From NCBI RefSeq assembly GCF_004010195.1, contig NC_057718.1:77749571-77813570 (forward strand): a DNA stretch of 64,000 nucleotides, read 5' to 3'. Position numbers and translations under genes: made by a program. Origin of the DNA: Chiloscyllium plagiosum (lineage: Eukaryota). Below are positions 11,727 to 23,612 of this stretch, piece by piece; within the stretch, counting starts at the first letter, position 1; each line of letters opens with the position of its first letter. Below the pieces are notes generated by a model. The model did not search any database and was not told where the DNA came from. It worked only from the letters and a program-made list of their open reading frames with translations.

Positions 11727-14700
11727 GATTCACCTGCTCCTTGGATGTTGCCTGACCTGCTGCGCTTTTCCAGCAACACATTTTCAGCTCTGATCTCCAG
11801 CATCTGCAGTCCTGACTTTCTCCTAGGAGAGAGGAGAATAGCAGCTTATGAGAGGCTTGGGTACAGAAATGGTAAATCACTGGTGAGGGATGGTGGTGTA
11901 GTTGGGAGGGGTGAGGACACGAGGGATTGGAAAAAGTTTGGAGAAGTGAAATAGGAAAAGTCTGGCCTCTGGGATGTAGTGAGAGCAGAAAGTGAAGCTA
12001 AGGAATTGAGGAATCCAAAGATGTGTCAGGACTGTCTATCTCAAAGTGATGGCTGGCAGAGTCCTCGCAGGGCACAACATTTCAATCATCCCAGGTGAGA
12101 GTGCTCTCAAACAAGATCTTTTATATTACATAGAAGGGAGTGTCGGTAGCTAAACTGATGAGTACAACACTGAACATTAATACAAACATTCAATAAAGAT
12201 TGATCTCAAAAACAAACACTTCTTCCACATTAAATGAATGACCTAAACTCCCTTGTAACTATTTTTACCTGCCAGTTGTGAGGTGTGGCAGTGCATTTAG
12301 CCCTCTGACTAAGCTATATCAACAAATAACAATGATGCACCCATGAATAAAGTGAGACCAGTGTAAGTGAAACTTAAATCAGAAAACACCAGTGCCACCT
12401 TTGTGCTCTCACTACGCCTTATGTTAATGGAAATGAAGTTGGGCAAGTGATGGTCCTGATGAAGAGCTTGTTTGTCCAGGAGTTTCTTTTGTAGCCTGCC
12501 CCCTAATTGCTGCAGTGTCAGCTAACGGTGGGTTTCACCCGTGGAAGGTTTTTCCTGCCACAGGAACACATGTGATTCCAGTCCACCAACACTTTAGATC
12601 TTAATTGTAAATGCATGGCAACCAGCAAAAACCAAGAGAATGGAAGTGGTGCCTGTGTTCTCTCCGATTGTTGGGAGCAAAACAACACGGTTAATATTCC
12701 ACCCATTATTTCTGGTAGTTCTTTAAATTCATCCAATAGTGCTATTGGACGATGGATGCTTGTCATCTTATTTGGAGACTGTTTCCTTCATTCTTCCTAT
12801 TGTCATTTAGCAAAAGGCTCAAAAATGTAACTTCACACATTAACTTTACAGTCAATGCTTTATTGTAGACTATTTTAAAAATGCACAAGATATATTTTGG
12901 TCACAAGCAACACATTGCTCTCTACTCAGCCTGTAAGATGTTTGAAGAGGCTTGCAGACAGGGTGCGACAGGGAATGACAAATCCTGTGCAACATTGTGA
13001 AGTAAGCTAACAACCTTTCTATACCCAGAATTTATGGTATTACAAAAGTGAGACCCAAGAACAACATCAGTGAATGCCTTTAGTAAAACAACATACTGTG
13101 GAAGGGAAATGCATGTTGATTTTGCCTGAGTCACTGCTTCAAGTTACAAATCAAAAGGTAGCAATTCCTTACATTCCAATCTTAGCAGGCTAGCCAAATG
13201 GAATTTAAAGCACACCTCATTATATTGGAATAATAGGAAGCACTGTTCATTTGCACGCCCAGACTGGTTTGAAGGTTTTTTTGTTATTCATATTTCACCA
13301 CAATATTTCATTACTTATAATAGAAATTCATATCCAGTCACTTCAGTACATTGTTAAATTATTTTAATTAGGTTGTTTGGAGTGAAAACATTTCAAGGTG
13401 TCTGAGCACTGTTTATAACAGTGATATAACTGATTTATAACACAAGCCATTAAAAAAAAACAGAATCTTGTTTTTCACACTTTGTATCTTGGTTTGCTTA
13501 TTGCATACTTTATTACCTCTCCATTTAGATTTGCTTTCCCTCATTGCCTTACTTCATTTGAATTGAGTGTTTACAGTGTTCTCACAGAACTTGTGACCAG
13601 TCATTAGCTGATGGCCAAGAAAGGTCCTAAATGGCTCAGTCTCTATTACTCAAACCATTCATTGTTAAGCAGTTGGCAATTAGCCAGACATTCTCCTTCA
13701 TATGACAGCAGAGATTAGAACTGCATTATATTTCACTGCCTATTGTCAGTTTTTTTAAATTTCAAAACTAGATTAGCTAATGTAATTAACATTCAATCAA
13801 TATTTGCTTAATATAAATATTGTAGCTCAAACGTTTTTTAAAAAGTTCATGATTAACATTCACTTCGTAAATAAACAGAGGAGTTATTAAAAGGACACTG
13901 TTTCAGGATAAAGAATTTGACAGATGTTGTTGGTAGTTATATGAACAGCCAAAACAGAACTGGGGGATAGTTTTTGTTACAGCTATGTACTTATAAATTA
14001 CACAATAATGCACAAAAGCACAGTAATATCACTGCATTATATATTAAGGAGCAATGTAACAAAAGGGACTTACAAATTCTTTTGTCATGGAAGCTGTTGT
14101 TAGTTCTGACCACCTTAAAACACCAATGGCATATTCTTGTTGTCCTAAATATAAAACAATTATTGTTAATGGCATCTTGACAACTGATTTGTGATTTCCT
14201 GTGCCATTCACCATGATGTCAGATGATCTTTTAATCTTTTAACAAGTCGTATTCCTTTCAACAAGCTAATGAATACAAAATCCACCAAAACTGTTTACAG
14301 TGTGAGAGACTCAATCGGCAATGGGGTAGAATGTAAAACAAATTTGTTAATGACAACAATAAAATTGCTGAAGTGTCAAGTCATCCACAACTGATGTTTC
14401 AATTTTGTGACTCCCTTGTAATGCACAAAGTATAACAGTTTAGCATGGTATTATCAATGCTAACAGAAGGAGAATTGAGAAGAAAAAGATTGAATGTTTT
14501 CCTTTGATGAAGAATAAAATTGTTCTTTATTAGTTGTTTGTTCAAATTGATTAAGTCTTCAAAATATGTTAAGATCCTACCATTGATTAAAATCAGTGAG
14601 GTAGAGGAGTATCAATCTCATAGAGCCCAATGTGACACTAAATCAGGTACAAAGGATTCATGTCAAGCTACATGGCACAAAGTTCTGTATGCTGTTCTCA

Positions 14701-14878
14701 AATTACAAAAGAAACCTGAAGTTGGTTAAAAGCAGGTTAAAGACAAATGCCATATGCCGTAGTTTAATTTAAAAATATTATCCACCCAGGTTTTGTAACG
14801 AAGGAACTGCAGCTGCACATCAACCAATCATCCAGCTTTGTATAATATAGCTATTTTCCCGACAGCATATTGGAACCA

Positions 14879-16120
14879 CAGTCTGTTCTGCTATGAGCCA
14901 GTAGTTGTATTCTCATCCGACCTCATGTTATAGAAAATTGTGCAATAGAAATGACAGGGTCTATGGGAGAAACAAGGTTGGGGCAAACCACCAAAAACAT
15001 CAGTTAAAAAGTTTGCTGAGTTACAGTACTGTAGTAAAACTGGGGCTGAGGGTCATCATCAGCATCATCATTACTTTCAGGCACAGTTCTGGATGCAGGA
15101 TTATGATGAAAGAAAATATTTAATCCAGAAGTGGATGGCTGTGGCTCATTGTCCTCAGATTGTTTCTTGGGGGTTGGCTTAAAAAAGGCATCTAGTTTTT
15201 GCTACTTTGCCATCTTTCTTCTTTCATCAAGAAGCTGTTCAAAGGGTGCCAGATAAGACTTTATGCCATGAACTGCTCTCCTACTGCCGTCTGCAATGTA
15301 ATCGTTGTCTTCAAGGAGCTGCGACTGTTTCTCAGCTTCCCTCAGAACAGAAGACAAAAGAAATGGAGTGTTCTCATGGTGCTGCATTCTGGACTTCATT
15401 GTCTTCACCTCGGGCTTCAATTGCCCCCATAGAAACAAGTTACTGTAGATCAGTCTCCACTTCAAATCCAACTTGCTTTGCAAGAGTGACACAATGTTCT
15501 CTGATTGCTGGGAGCTCCTCTGACAGTTCAACACCTTTAAAGTCATGAAGAAAATCTGGGAACAGCTTCCACTAAACTGCATGCAAGCAGTCCTTACTGA
15601 TATCATCCCAGGCCTCCACAATGATGTCAATAGCATTATTAATGTTAAAGCTCTTCCAAAATTGAAGCACACTGTCCTCATTATTCCTCTCAGTAGCTGC
15701 AATCAGCCTCCTGAATGTGCACTTTAAATAATAAGCTTTAAAAGCTGCCATTGCACCCTGGTTCGTGGATTGAATGAGAGAGATTGTGTTCAGAGGGAGA
15801 AATAGCACTTCGATGTTTTCAGAAAGCTTATCAATGGTGGAAGGATGGCTTGGTGCATTATCTAGAATGAGGAGAATCTTGAAATCCAGATCTTTACTCC
15901 TGCAAAAATTTCTAAAAGACATCCTCAAAAACATCAATAATAAGGTCAAAAAAAAAATGGCCCCATTATCCAACACCTTGAATAGACTTAAGGTTACTAG
16001 GGATGGAAACACGTAATAACCAATGGGAGTTTGTGTTTAAACAAAATCATTCCCCAATTCATCAATTCATGTTACAGTCAAATTGTGTTGATGAAATGCG
16101 CGTTATAGGAGAAAGGGTTT
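14879..16120 (-). mobile_element. pogo/Tigger-like DNA transposon remnant
   Basis: ORF 15572-16012 ILLILDNAPSHP...FLPLNTISLIQSTNQGAMAAFKAYY (DDE_1 motifs); weak terminal inverted match cagtctgttctgctat / ataggagaaagggttt. Confidence 0.85.
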
Positions 16121-16211
16121 ACATCATGAATCATGCTTTTGTTTAAAATATTCAGTTAAAAATACTTTTCAATATCTACTGATCATTATGCAAATCATTG
16201 TCATTTACACA

Positions 16212-17010
16212 TGTAAGGATCATGTCTTTTTATTTTAGTTGTCGACAGAAATAAGAAAGAACTATTTTAAACCAATGTTTTAAAAGGACGTCTACATGGT
16301 TTGAAAACAAGTAACTTGGCATCTATAACAAACATTTCATTTGTACAACGAGTAGTAATTGAAATGGTTGTAACCAAATTAAAACCGAAGAGTTCTGTAC
16401 AGTTACAGCTGGGAGGTAACATGAAGTGGATTGACCTTGGACTAGTGACCATTTATTGAAGATTAGGACCTTTTGCTTGCCAAGAATTGGGTGATTAGGT
16501 CTCAGGTAACTGAACAGCTGGGAGGTGGGGTAAGTTACAGAGAAGAATTTTGATCTCTACCCATTCAGAAGTAGTCTCTCTGTTCTCTGCAGTCAAAGCT
16601 CATTTTATGCCTGAAGGAAACCAGTTAATCTGTCCCACAGCAACTCCTGTGAGCTTCTACTCTTTACCTCCTGCAAACAAGTAGAAGTATTTGGAAAAGG
16701 GAAACCAGGAAGAACTAACTCAACAGAATTTATGACAAAGACTACTGTCTTTTCCATTTTTCTCCTCCATACATGTATTTTAGTTATGGGGTTATATGCT
16801 GAAAGTTTATACTTGTTTACCTGCAACTAGTGTTAATAAATGTCAATTCTTATTTGGTACAGAAATCTAGCCCATACTTCCTATTAACCAGGATCTGAAA
16901 ATCAGGTAAATTAGAGAATTTTGAGTATGTTTTTAAAATCTTCAAATTTTGTGATGACTCCAGGAACGATAGGTCTTATTTTCTAGCATTTTACCCCTAA
17001 TAGGTTGTGA
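16212..17010 (+). mobile_element. Possible solo LTR
   Basis: Starts TGTAAG, contains AATAAA at about 16835, LTR-like composition; right end and TSD not clear. Confidence 0.3.
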
Positions 17011-17059
17011 GTCTAAGCTGAAACAAAGATCAATGTAACAAGTGTGTCGTGAACTTTTA

Positions 17060-17240
17060 TAGAAGCCTGCAAATCTACACCACAGGAAATGACATCACCA
17101 ACCCAAAGAAACCCAAACATTTAATAGAGAGCAGGAATTTTCAGCATTGCTTTGCATGAGATCTACTGAAGATGTTACCTAGTAAGGTAACGAAATGTCT
17201 GGAAATGAACCTTTCAGCTCAGCGAGCAAACCTACATCCA
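17060..17240 (+). mobile_element. Probable PLE terminal-repeat fragment (family D)
   Basis: Carries a hammerhead motif with flanks unrelated to families A-C. Confidence 0.6.
17163..17202 (+). ncRNA. Minimal hammerhead ribozyme motif (family D)
   Basis: cta-CTGAAGA-T-GTTACCT-AGTA-AGGTAAC-GAAA-TG-TC-tgg; 7-bp stem II; ACGT to ATGT CpG decay. Confidence 0.65.
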
Positions 17241-19261
17241 AAATCTATTGTGCATCACCAGACAGGATGCAACGTATACCCACATGTAACGATTGAGCAG
17301 ATGAAAGGAGTAGTGCATTATTTAATCTGCCAGATACTGTTGTACACAATTTCAGTTCTTCTAGCGAAAAGTAGAAATCAACAACCAGCAAGGGTTGATT
17401 CATTTTGTTTGTGAGTCCGATCTGTGACCATAGTTGTGTAAAATCTCTGTTGTTGTTTAGATGTGCTGAGTTGATGGTTAGTCAGAGCAACTTTCACATT
17501 TCCAAACAATTGAAATGAATTTGTAATGTGTCCTAGTCACCATTTTGTTCAAGGAGTAATTCCTTCACACAGGAAATGCACAAAATACAGGGCTGAAGTT
17601 GGTCAAAAATCAGTTCCATGTTAATTTCAAGGGGTTTTAAAAAGGATTTCTAACAGCTCTAACTGGTTTTCTCTAACTGGTAATGCTCACCTCATTAACT
17701 AAATGCTGTACCCCTATGGTGCGGCGCTCACACTGTCATGCACTCGACAGTGCCAGAAGTGCTCGTAGCTGCTGGCACCTTCCGGGATTTGCTCCATTGA
17801 TGCCATGTTGAAATCCTAACTCTGCCCCAGTGCAGATGCATCAAGCTGTAAAAAGCCCTTCACAGTTGCAATGGGAAGAGGAACTGCATTGGGAACAGCT
17901 GATAGAAGAAATTTGGCACACCAATTTTCTCAGAAAGAGCGATAGTTTCTGGTGGATAGGATGTTGTGAAGAAGGGTCATCTGCTTTCCACAGGACCAGC
18001 AAAAACAGTCTCACAACCAGACTCAAGATTAAGCCCCAGGTTTTAAAACATATGTAGAAGTATGGGTCACTGAGGCGAATCCACGAGGTTGAGAGCTTCA
18101 TGGAAAATACGTTCATAGATGTAGTCACTGATGAAATGGAAAAGGGTGATCATCAGCCAGCCAAGTAGAAATTAGTAGAAAGTGTTGTCATCCCTTCAGT
18201 GCATCTCACTTTCTAGCCAATGTTCAGATCTGAATATTATTGAAAGTGGCATTTCATCTGGGGAGCACAGAGTCAAGTCCTAGGCACCATGGATAGGTAA
18301 TCTGTAAAGAGGGACTCAAGGAACACTGGAAGAGCAATAGTAACAGCTGATTCAACTGTTAGTTTCTGCAGCCACAGATGTGAGTCCTGGTTGGTGCGTT
18401 GTCCACTGAGAGCCGAGGTCAAAGGTTTCACTGAACAGCTACAGAGTACACTGATTGGAGAGAGTGGACAGCCAGAAATTGTAATATACATTGGTAAGAA
18501 CAGGAAAGGCAGAAAGAGGGATGTGGTCTTGCAGTCAAAATTTAGAGAGTTAGGTCAGAAATGAGCAAGCAGGACCTCAAAAAATAGTAATCTCCAGTTT
18601 ACTCTCGGTGCCACATGCAAATTAGTGAATAAAAGGAGAATAAAGCAAATAAATGTTTGACTTAAGGTGTTTCAGGAAAGAGAGTTTTGGATTCTTGGGG
18701 ACAGTTTTGGGAGAGATACGGTTTATGAAGGTTACACCCAAATAGAGCTGGGACTGAGTTGCTTGCAAGGTAATTTGTTGGTGTTTGATGGTTTAAGTTA
18801 ACCTGGGAGGGTAGAAGAAACAATAGAAAATATTGGAGAGAAATACCAAGATGCAAGGAGTCTTGGAGGAGAAAATAACACCAGAGAAGGATATAGAAAG
18901 TTATTAACTGTGGTCAGAGTAAGGGAGAAAATAGCAGACTAAATCGGATTAATAAGTATTAATGTGAACTCATGGTATATGGTTAATAGGTTTGGTGAGC
19001 TACGGGACAGATTGACATGTGGAAATAATATATGGTTAAAATAAGGATTTGGTTCAAAGAAGGACAGATCTTTGTGTTAAATACCTTGTATTCGGGAAAG
19101 ATGGGAAAGGAAGAAAGGGGATTGGAGAGGTGGTATTAACGAAGGAGAGCATTGCAGGGTTGGAGGGAGATGATATTCCAAAAGGGTCAGAAAATCTATT
19201 TAGCTAGAGCTAAGGAACAAAGCAAGGCGCATTTACATTGCTCAGTTTATTCTATAGGTCA

Positions 19262-19425
19262 AAGTAGGAGAAAGTGAGGACTGCAGATGCTGGAGATCGG
19301 AGCTGAAAATGTGTTGCTGGAAAAGCGCAGCAGGTCAGGCAGCAACCAAGGAGCAGAAGAATCGACGTTTCGGGCATGAGCCCTTCTTCAGGAATCCTGC
19401 GCCTTTCCAGCAATACATTTTCAGC
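19262..19425 (-). mobile_element. PLE mini-element (family A) with short inverted arm, intact hammerhead at 19364-19391, 15-bp TSD
   Basis: TSD ttattctataggtca at 19247-19261 and 19426-19440. Confidence 0.9.
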
Positions 19426-19821
19426 TTATTCTATAGGTCACCAACTAATGAAAGAGGTGCTAACTGTTACGGACATATTACAAGTTTTAAAACAAGTTTC
19501 TCTCCTTATTCTCACTTCTTGTCCATTAGCAGATTGTGATTTAAGTTTTCCCATTTTTTAAACAGTGGAGTTGCATTTGTCTGATTTCGTCTGTTTGTGA
19601 ACTCTAACTCTGTACAGACCACAACAATATTGTGGTAAAGTTAGAAAAGAAGTAGAGTTTATATCACACAATCTCAGAGGCAGGGGAATGTTTTACAATA
19701 CTGTAAGATAGAATCAAAAAGAATGAAGGCAATATTCAATTAATACCAACTTATATACAAAATAACAAGAGTTACTAGTTGAACAATGTCCTTGCATGTA
19801 AAAATAGAATCCAAAAGTCAG

Positions 19822-19950
19822 GATTGATGAAGAGCTTATGCTTGAAACGTTGACTATCCTGCTCCTCAGGTGCTGTCTGACCGGCTGTGGTTTTCCAGCA
19901 CCACACTTTTTGACTCTGATCTCCAGCATCTGCAGTGCTCACTTTCTCTC
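19822..19950 (+). mobile_element. PLE mini-element (family A variant)
   Basis: TTGATGAAGAGCTTATGCTTGAAACGTT followed by the family tail ctccagcatctgcagtgctcactttctc. Confidence 0.8.
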
Positions 19951-22248
19951 TGTCTATGGCCCATTCTGGAGATTAAGTGGAAAGTCATTAACACTCTTCT
20001 TGCAACATGACTGAACATATTCTATAAAGCTTTCTTTTCTTGGAGATGATCATTTCTGCAACATGTTACAAAACGACAGTTAGTATTCTAGACCCATCAG
20101 GAGGTACCTGGAGTATTGATTGTCTGGCTGCTATTGACTTCTGACAGGTTTCTGAAAGTTATTCTTAAACTCAGTGACATTATAACAGCCGAGCTATTTA
20201 ATGGGAATTTATAGTCACTTTCTACACTATATGTATAGACATTTATTAAAATAGGTTTGGAACAAAGTTGTAAAGAAATTATAGAAAGTTACAAAAAGTA
20301 GAAAGTATAATGGGGAACGTTAATTATCTGGGTATAACCTAGATAGTGTAAAGGACATAAAGGGGAAAAGATTCCTAGTGTGTTTTCAGGAAAACATTCC
20401 AGAGCAGTACGTTTCCAGCCCAGCAAGTGGGGAGACACTGCCAGACCTGGTGTTTAGGAGTGATGTGGAGAGAATATTTAGCTGACAGTGATTGTTTCAT
20501 CTTAATATTTAGGTTGTCTATGAAAAGGACAAATAGCAATCCAGAACAAGAATTATTAACAGAAGGGAGGCAAACTTCAATGGGTTATGAAGTTGGGATC
20601 TACATTGAATAAGTTGGAATCAAAGTTTGGCAGAGCAATGGGCAACTGAACAATGGGTTTCATTGAAAGCACAGTATTCAGGTCCAGATAAGATATATTA
20701 CCATGAAGAGGAAAGGTGGAAGAAATAAATCCAGAGTTCCTTGGATTGCAAAAGAGATAGAGATGAAGATGAAGGAGATACTTGTGCTTAAGACAAGTGT
20801 GACTTGGATACTACAATGGAGAACCAGGCTGAATTTAGATGGTTCAGAGTGAACATGAGAAAATGCAAATAAGAGAACCAAATTTTAAAAAATTAAGAGA
20901 TTGTCAGCTAACGTAAAAGAGAATCCCAAATTTGTCTATAAGCATATAAATAGTAAAGGGTGGTAATCAAGGAGTAAATGAGGAAATGAAAAATGGACTA
21001 GGAAATGAGAAAAGGACTTTATGCATGAAGGCAAAGGGAAAAGCTGAAGTATTAAATTAATACTTTGCATCTGTCTTTACCAAGAAAGAAGATAGCACCC
21101 AGGCTACAGTCAAAGAGGTGGTAATTAATACATTAGTCGGGTTTAAAATTGAGAAGGAGCAAGTATTGGATGGGCTGTCTAAAATTAAAGCTGTATAGCA
21201 CCAAAGCTAGATGAGAAGCTGATGATACTGATAGCATTGAAAGTGACAGTTGGGGCAGTACAGCTATAAATTTCCAGTTCAAGATGTGGCGATAGTGCTA
21301 GAGAATTGCAAATTGGAAAAGGATGTCAATACAATTTTGTTGGTTGGGAAACGTACAGAAAAAATAATTCTGGATAGAAGTAATAGTCACATCTACAAAC
21401 ACTGGTTAATTAAAGAGCACAATTTGTTAAAAAAAAAGGTTATGTTTATTCAACTTATCTAACTGATGAGGTAAGAGTGTGTGGATAAGGGAAATGCTTT
21501 TAATATGGTGCATGTAGACTTCAAAAGCTATTTGATACCGTTCCACATAACACAATTTGGAGCCAGGTTATAGCTTTTGGAATAAAGGGGACAGTAGCAA
21601 CATAGAAATGAAATTGGCTGGGTGAAAGGAAACAAAGAGCAATGGTTAATGGATATTGTTTGTGCAGGAGGAAGGTGTGTAGTGACCTAAACCTTAGTGT
21701 ACAGAGCTTGATTTCAAAACTTACAGAGGATATGAAACTTGGAAACATTGTGAACTGTGAGAAAGATAGTGGCAAACCTCAAAACCTCAGAGACAGGGTG
21801 AACATGTGACAGATGAAGTTCAAAGCAGAGAAATGTGAAGTGATTAATTTTAATATGATGAATATGGAGAGGCAAAATAAACGGGTATAATTTTAAAGGA
21901 GGGGTAAAGGGGCAGAAGGATCTAGTTGTGCGTCTGCATAAATCATAGAAGATGGCAAGACAGGTTGAGAATGCAGTTAATAACTCATACAGTTTCATAG
22001 ACACCATTAATTTTGCAATGGAGTACAAGAGCCAGGGGGTTTAGTGAACTTTTGGAAGACACCAGTTAAGCCTCACCCGGAGTACTGCATCCAGTTCTGG
22101 GCACAACATTTTACGAAAAATATGAATGCATTAGAAAAAGTCAGAAAAAATTCACAACAGTGGTTCCAGAGGTGACTTCGGTTATAACGATTGATTAAGA
22201 ACTTGGGACTGTTTTCCTTGGTGAAGAGAATTTTGGTGAGAGTAGATT

Positions 22249-22600
22249 TAGAATACCCTACAGTTTGGAAGCAAGCCATTTGGCCCATCGAGTCCATGAT
22301 ACCCCTCCAAAGAGTGCCCCACCCAGAACAATCCCCCTCCCCTATCGCTGTAACTCTGCATTTCCCATGGTTAATCTACCTAGCCTGCATATCCCTGGAC
22401 AGTGTGGGCAACTTAGCATGGCTAATCCACCAAACCTGCACATCTTTCAATTGTGGGAGCAAACTGCAGCATCTGGAAGAAGCCTACACAGACATGGAGA
22501 ATGCACAAACTTCACACAGACCATTGCATGAGGCTAAAATCGAACCTGGGTCCCTGGTGCTGTGAGGCAGCAGTGCTAACCACTGAGCCAATATGCTGCA
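22249..22600 (-). mobile_element. HE1-like tRNA-derived V-SINE
   Basis: Reverse complement of the 50591 copy; A and B boxes, CR1-like tail. Confidence 0.8.
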
Positions 22601-22965
22601 GACAAAATTTGCATAATTGGCAGCCCTAGCAGACAAGTTTCTAGTGACCTAATCTAAGGATTTCTGGACTCCCCAATTAGTAAAGGCCGAGATGGATTCA
22701 GAAGGAAAAACATTGAGGCAAATGCTTGACAGTCACTGGTAATACGTAGTTGTCAGGTCCAGCAGACAGCAGGATCTTCTTCCAGGAAACTGTAGATGAC
22801 ACAACAAGGGAACCTGAGCCTGCTTAACAACTATTGTTCTATATATCAAGGAAACTCGGATTCTCTCCAAACCTCCCATCTTGTGGGCAATGTCTCCAAT
22901 GAGCAGCACTTGTCTGCCACTCCTCTCTCTGCTCCTTGTCGCAAATAGGTTTCTGCTACTGCTGG

Positions 22966-23120
22966 GCAAAAGTGAGGACTGCAGATGCTGGAAACCAGAG
23001 TTTAGATCAGAGTGGTGCTACTCTATTCCTGATGAAGGGCTTTTGCCTGAAACATCGGTTTTCCTGCTCCTTGGATGCTGCCTGACCTGCTGTGCTTTTC
23101 CAGCACCACTCTGATCTAAA
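22966..23120. mobile_element. Hairpin PLE mini-element (family A) with 15-bp TSD
   Basis: TSD ttctgctactgctgg at 22951-22965 and 23121-23135; CTGATGAAGGGCTTTTGCCTGAAACATC. Confidence 0.9.
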
Positions 23121-23179
23121 TTCTGCTACTGCTGGTACAGCTGCTGGTTCTGCTGATGTTGGCACTAGTGCCAGGATCT

Positions 23180-23612
23180 TTGTTTTATTCACTTATGGGA
23201 TGTGGGCATCACTGGCCGGCCGGCCTTTATTGCCCGTTGCCAGTTGCCCTTGAGAAGGAGTTAATGAGATGCCTTTTTGAATTGCTGTAGTTTATCTACT
23301 GAGGGTTAACCCACAATGACATGAGGGAGGGAATTCCAGGATTTTCAATGGATGGTGAGCGGGTTGGAGGGAAACTTTAAGGTGATGGTGTTCCCATGTA
23401 CGTGTTGTTGGGAATTCATTGCCACAGAAGGCTGTGGAGGTCAGGTCATTTAGTATATTTAAAACAGAGATTCTTGATTGCCAAGGGAATCAAAGGTTAC
23501 AGGGAGAAAGCGGGAGAATGGGGATGAGAAATCTATCAGCCATGGTTGACTGGTGGGGCAGACTCAATGGGCCGAATGGCCTAATTTCTGCTCATTTGTC
23601 TTATTGTCTTAC
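23180..23612. mobile_element. LINE 3' ends (CR1-group family on minus, CR1 on plus)
   Basis: 23180-23400 matches the LINE end at about 32340; 23405-23612 reads GNSLPQKAVEVRSFSIFKTEI plus a CR1 tail. Confidence 0.7.

Larger units (their letters stand above)
6696..11824. mobile_element. Penelope-like element, fold-back insertion (minus arm about 6696-9560, plus arm about 9569-11824)
   Basis: RT motifs IKPADKGGAVVV, FYLLPKIHK, MGTCMGPSYA, YIDD; GIY-YIG IIYYIRCTRYDLLYIGETG; 14-bp TSD aggagagaggagaa at 6682-6695 and 11825-11838. Confidence 0.92.
18290..22240 (+). mobile_element. Long decayed CR1 LINE (esterase ORF1, endonuclease, RT), interrupted
   Basis: GRAIVTADS.. and QPEIVIYIG (SGNH-type ORF1); FYRSP (endonuclease); DFKSYLIPFH / KAFD-like and EYCIQFWAQH (RT and C-terminus). 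Confidence 0.8.

Noticed and set aside
12456..12480. CTGATGAAGAGC hammerhead-like start
   Set aside because: No stem II, no GAAA and no family flanks.
17740..18130. Possible LINE or other transposon fragment
   Set aside because: Looks repeat-like but no diagnostic motif could be read.
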